This document shows positions 22,190 through 23,417 of a stretch of 23,417 bases of DNA, piece by piece. The position numbers were made by a program, and so were the translations under genes. The notes beneath the pieces were generated by a model, which was not told the DNA's origin, ran no database searches, and was given only the letters and a program-made list of their open reading frames with translations. The stretch is from Octopus sinensis (Eukaryota), in assembly GCF_006345805.1 (NCBI RefSeq), contig NW_021836616.1, positions 1 to 23,417 on the forward strand. Reading direction: 5' to 3'. The number at the start of each line of letters is the position of its first letter. Position 1 is the stretch's first letter.

Positions 22190-22329
22190 ATAATAAAAAC
22201 GTATATAATTTGTAGAATAACGACACGCGTTTCGTGGCTATATTTAAGAAATGATTATAGTAGTAGAGAAATCACTTTAATATAAATATAGTCACTCATC
22301 AGGTTAAAAATTATATACGTTTTTATTAT
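22190..22329 (-). ncRNA. Type I hammerhead ribozyme motif; predicted cleavage after GUC, between 22222 and 22221
   Basis: Minus strand: stem I (22-bp distal helix + UAAC) - CUGAUGA (22302-22296) - stem II GUGACUAUAUUUA/UAAAUAUAGCCAC (12 of 13 paired) - GAAA (22233-22230) - C GCGU GUC - GUUA - bulge - distal stem I strand. All conserved core nucleotides are present. Confidence 0.85.
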
Positions 22330-22564
22330 CATATTTTTGCAATTTACTTAATCATTGACATGTTATTGTTATTTTAATTTTAATATTTCTATTATATGTA
22401 ATTTTCTAGATCGTGTAACTTAATTGTTCATTTTGAATTGATAAAAGGTGTTTTTTTTCTAATTTTTTATATATATATTACGTTGTGTGAAATTTGATTT
22501 AGTATTTCTAACTTGATTTTTTTTTCCTTGTAAGTTTGGATTTTATTCCCTCAAATAATAATAA

Positions 22565-22566
22565 TC

Positions 22567-22647
<81 letters not shown>

Positions 22648-23033
22648 CACACTCAACTATGTATGCACATGTATATATACAGATATTTCGTAGGTGTATG
22701 TATATGTAAGTACATACACACACACAAGCATATAGACAGGCAGACGGACAGACAAATAGACAAACAAATAAATAAATATAGACATATACGAAGGCGCACT
22801 TACGTGTGCAAATATTATGTATATATATCTTTATAGACATAATATATTATGTGAGTATGTTTGTACTCTCATATATAGGTATATACATAAATATGGTCTT
22901 TTGTGTAAATATATATCTATCTGTCTATATATATATATATCAAGAATGCATTCACACACAGACCCAATCACACTCACACATAAACACACACACACTCTCA
23001 TATATATATAAACATATTATATATATATTATAT

Positions 23034-23097
<64 letters not shown>

Positions 23098-23225
23098 ATA
23101 TAATATATATATTATATATTATATACATAGATCTATCTACTTTAATAGATTGCTACATACACACATAACACCACATACACACAGACACGTATATATCATT
23201 ATATATATACATATATACACACATG
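22565..23225. repeat. (TA)n-dominated compound microsatellite region with CA/GACA segments
   Basis: Long tatatata runs at 22567-22646 and 23000-23125. Confidence 0.9.
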
Positions 23226-23417
23226 TTACAGTACGGTTACAGATATGTTTTAAAAGAGGCCCTAGAACATCGTTGAAAACACGATCACTTAGAAATCTCC
23301 TTATCGATGTCCAGCGCTGTCTCGTTTAAATAGGTTTGCTTCCACTTAATAGCAATTTTGTGAAGAGGGTGGAGAGACTGCTGATAGAAAAGCCAACAAG
23401 CACTTCATAGCTATTCT

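Overview
Eukaryotic, AT-rich, repeat-dense non-coding DNA. I find no supportable protein-coding gene: the long ORFs are translations of microsatellites or of the tandem array. The interspersed repeats match my memory of octopus (cephalopod) SINE families, so the source is probably an octopus genome; this is inference, not a database result. The window holds: (i) a ~10.5 kb tandem array of a 78-bp monomer (5401-15889, ~135 copies) with internal higher-order structure; (ii) several tRNA-derived SINE copies, including a head-to-tail triplicated copy with an 18-bp target-site duplication (TSD), a copy apparently split by an insert, and a copy truncated by the array; (iii) an inverted-repeat element around a TA-rich spacer; (iv) many microsatellites. 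The most notable signal is a complete type I hammerhead ribozyme motif on the minus strand (22190-22329). It has a canonical CUGAUGA/GAAA core, a GUC cleavage triplet, all three stems, unusually long stems I and II, and a self-complementary stem III suited to dimer cleavage.
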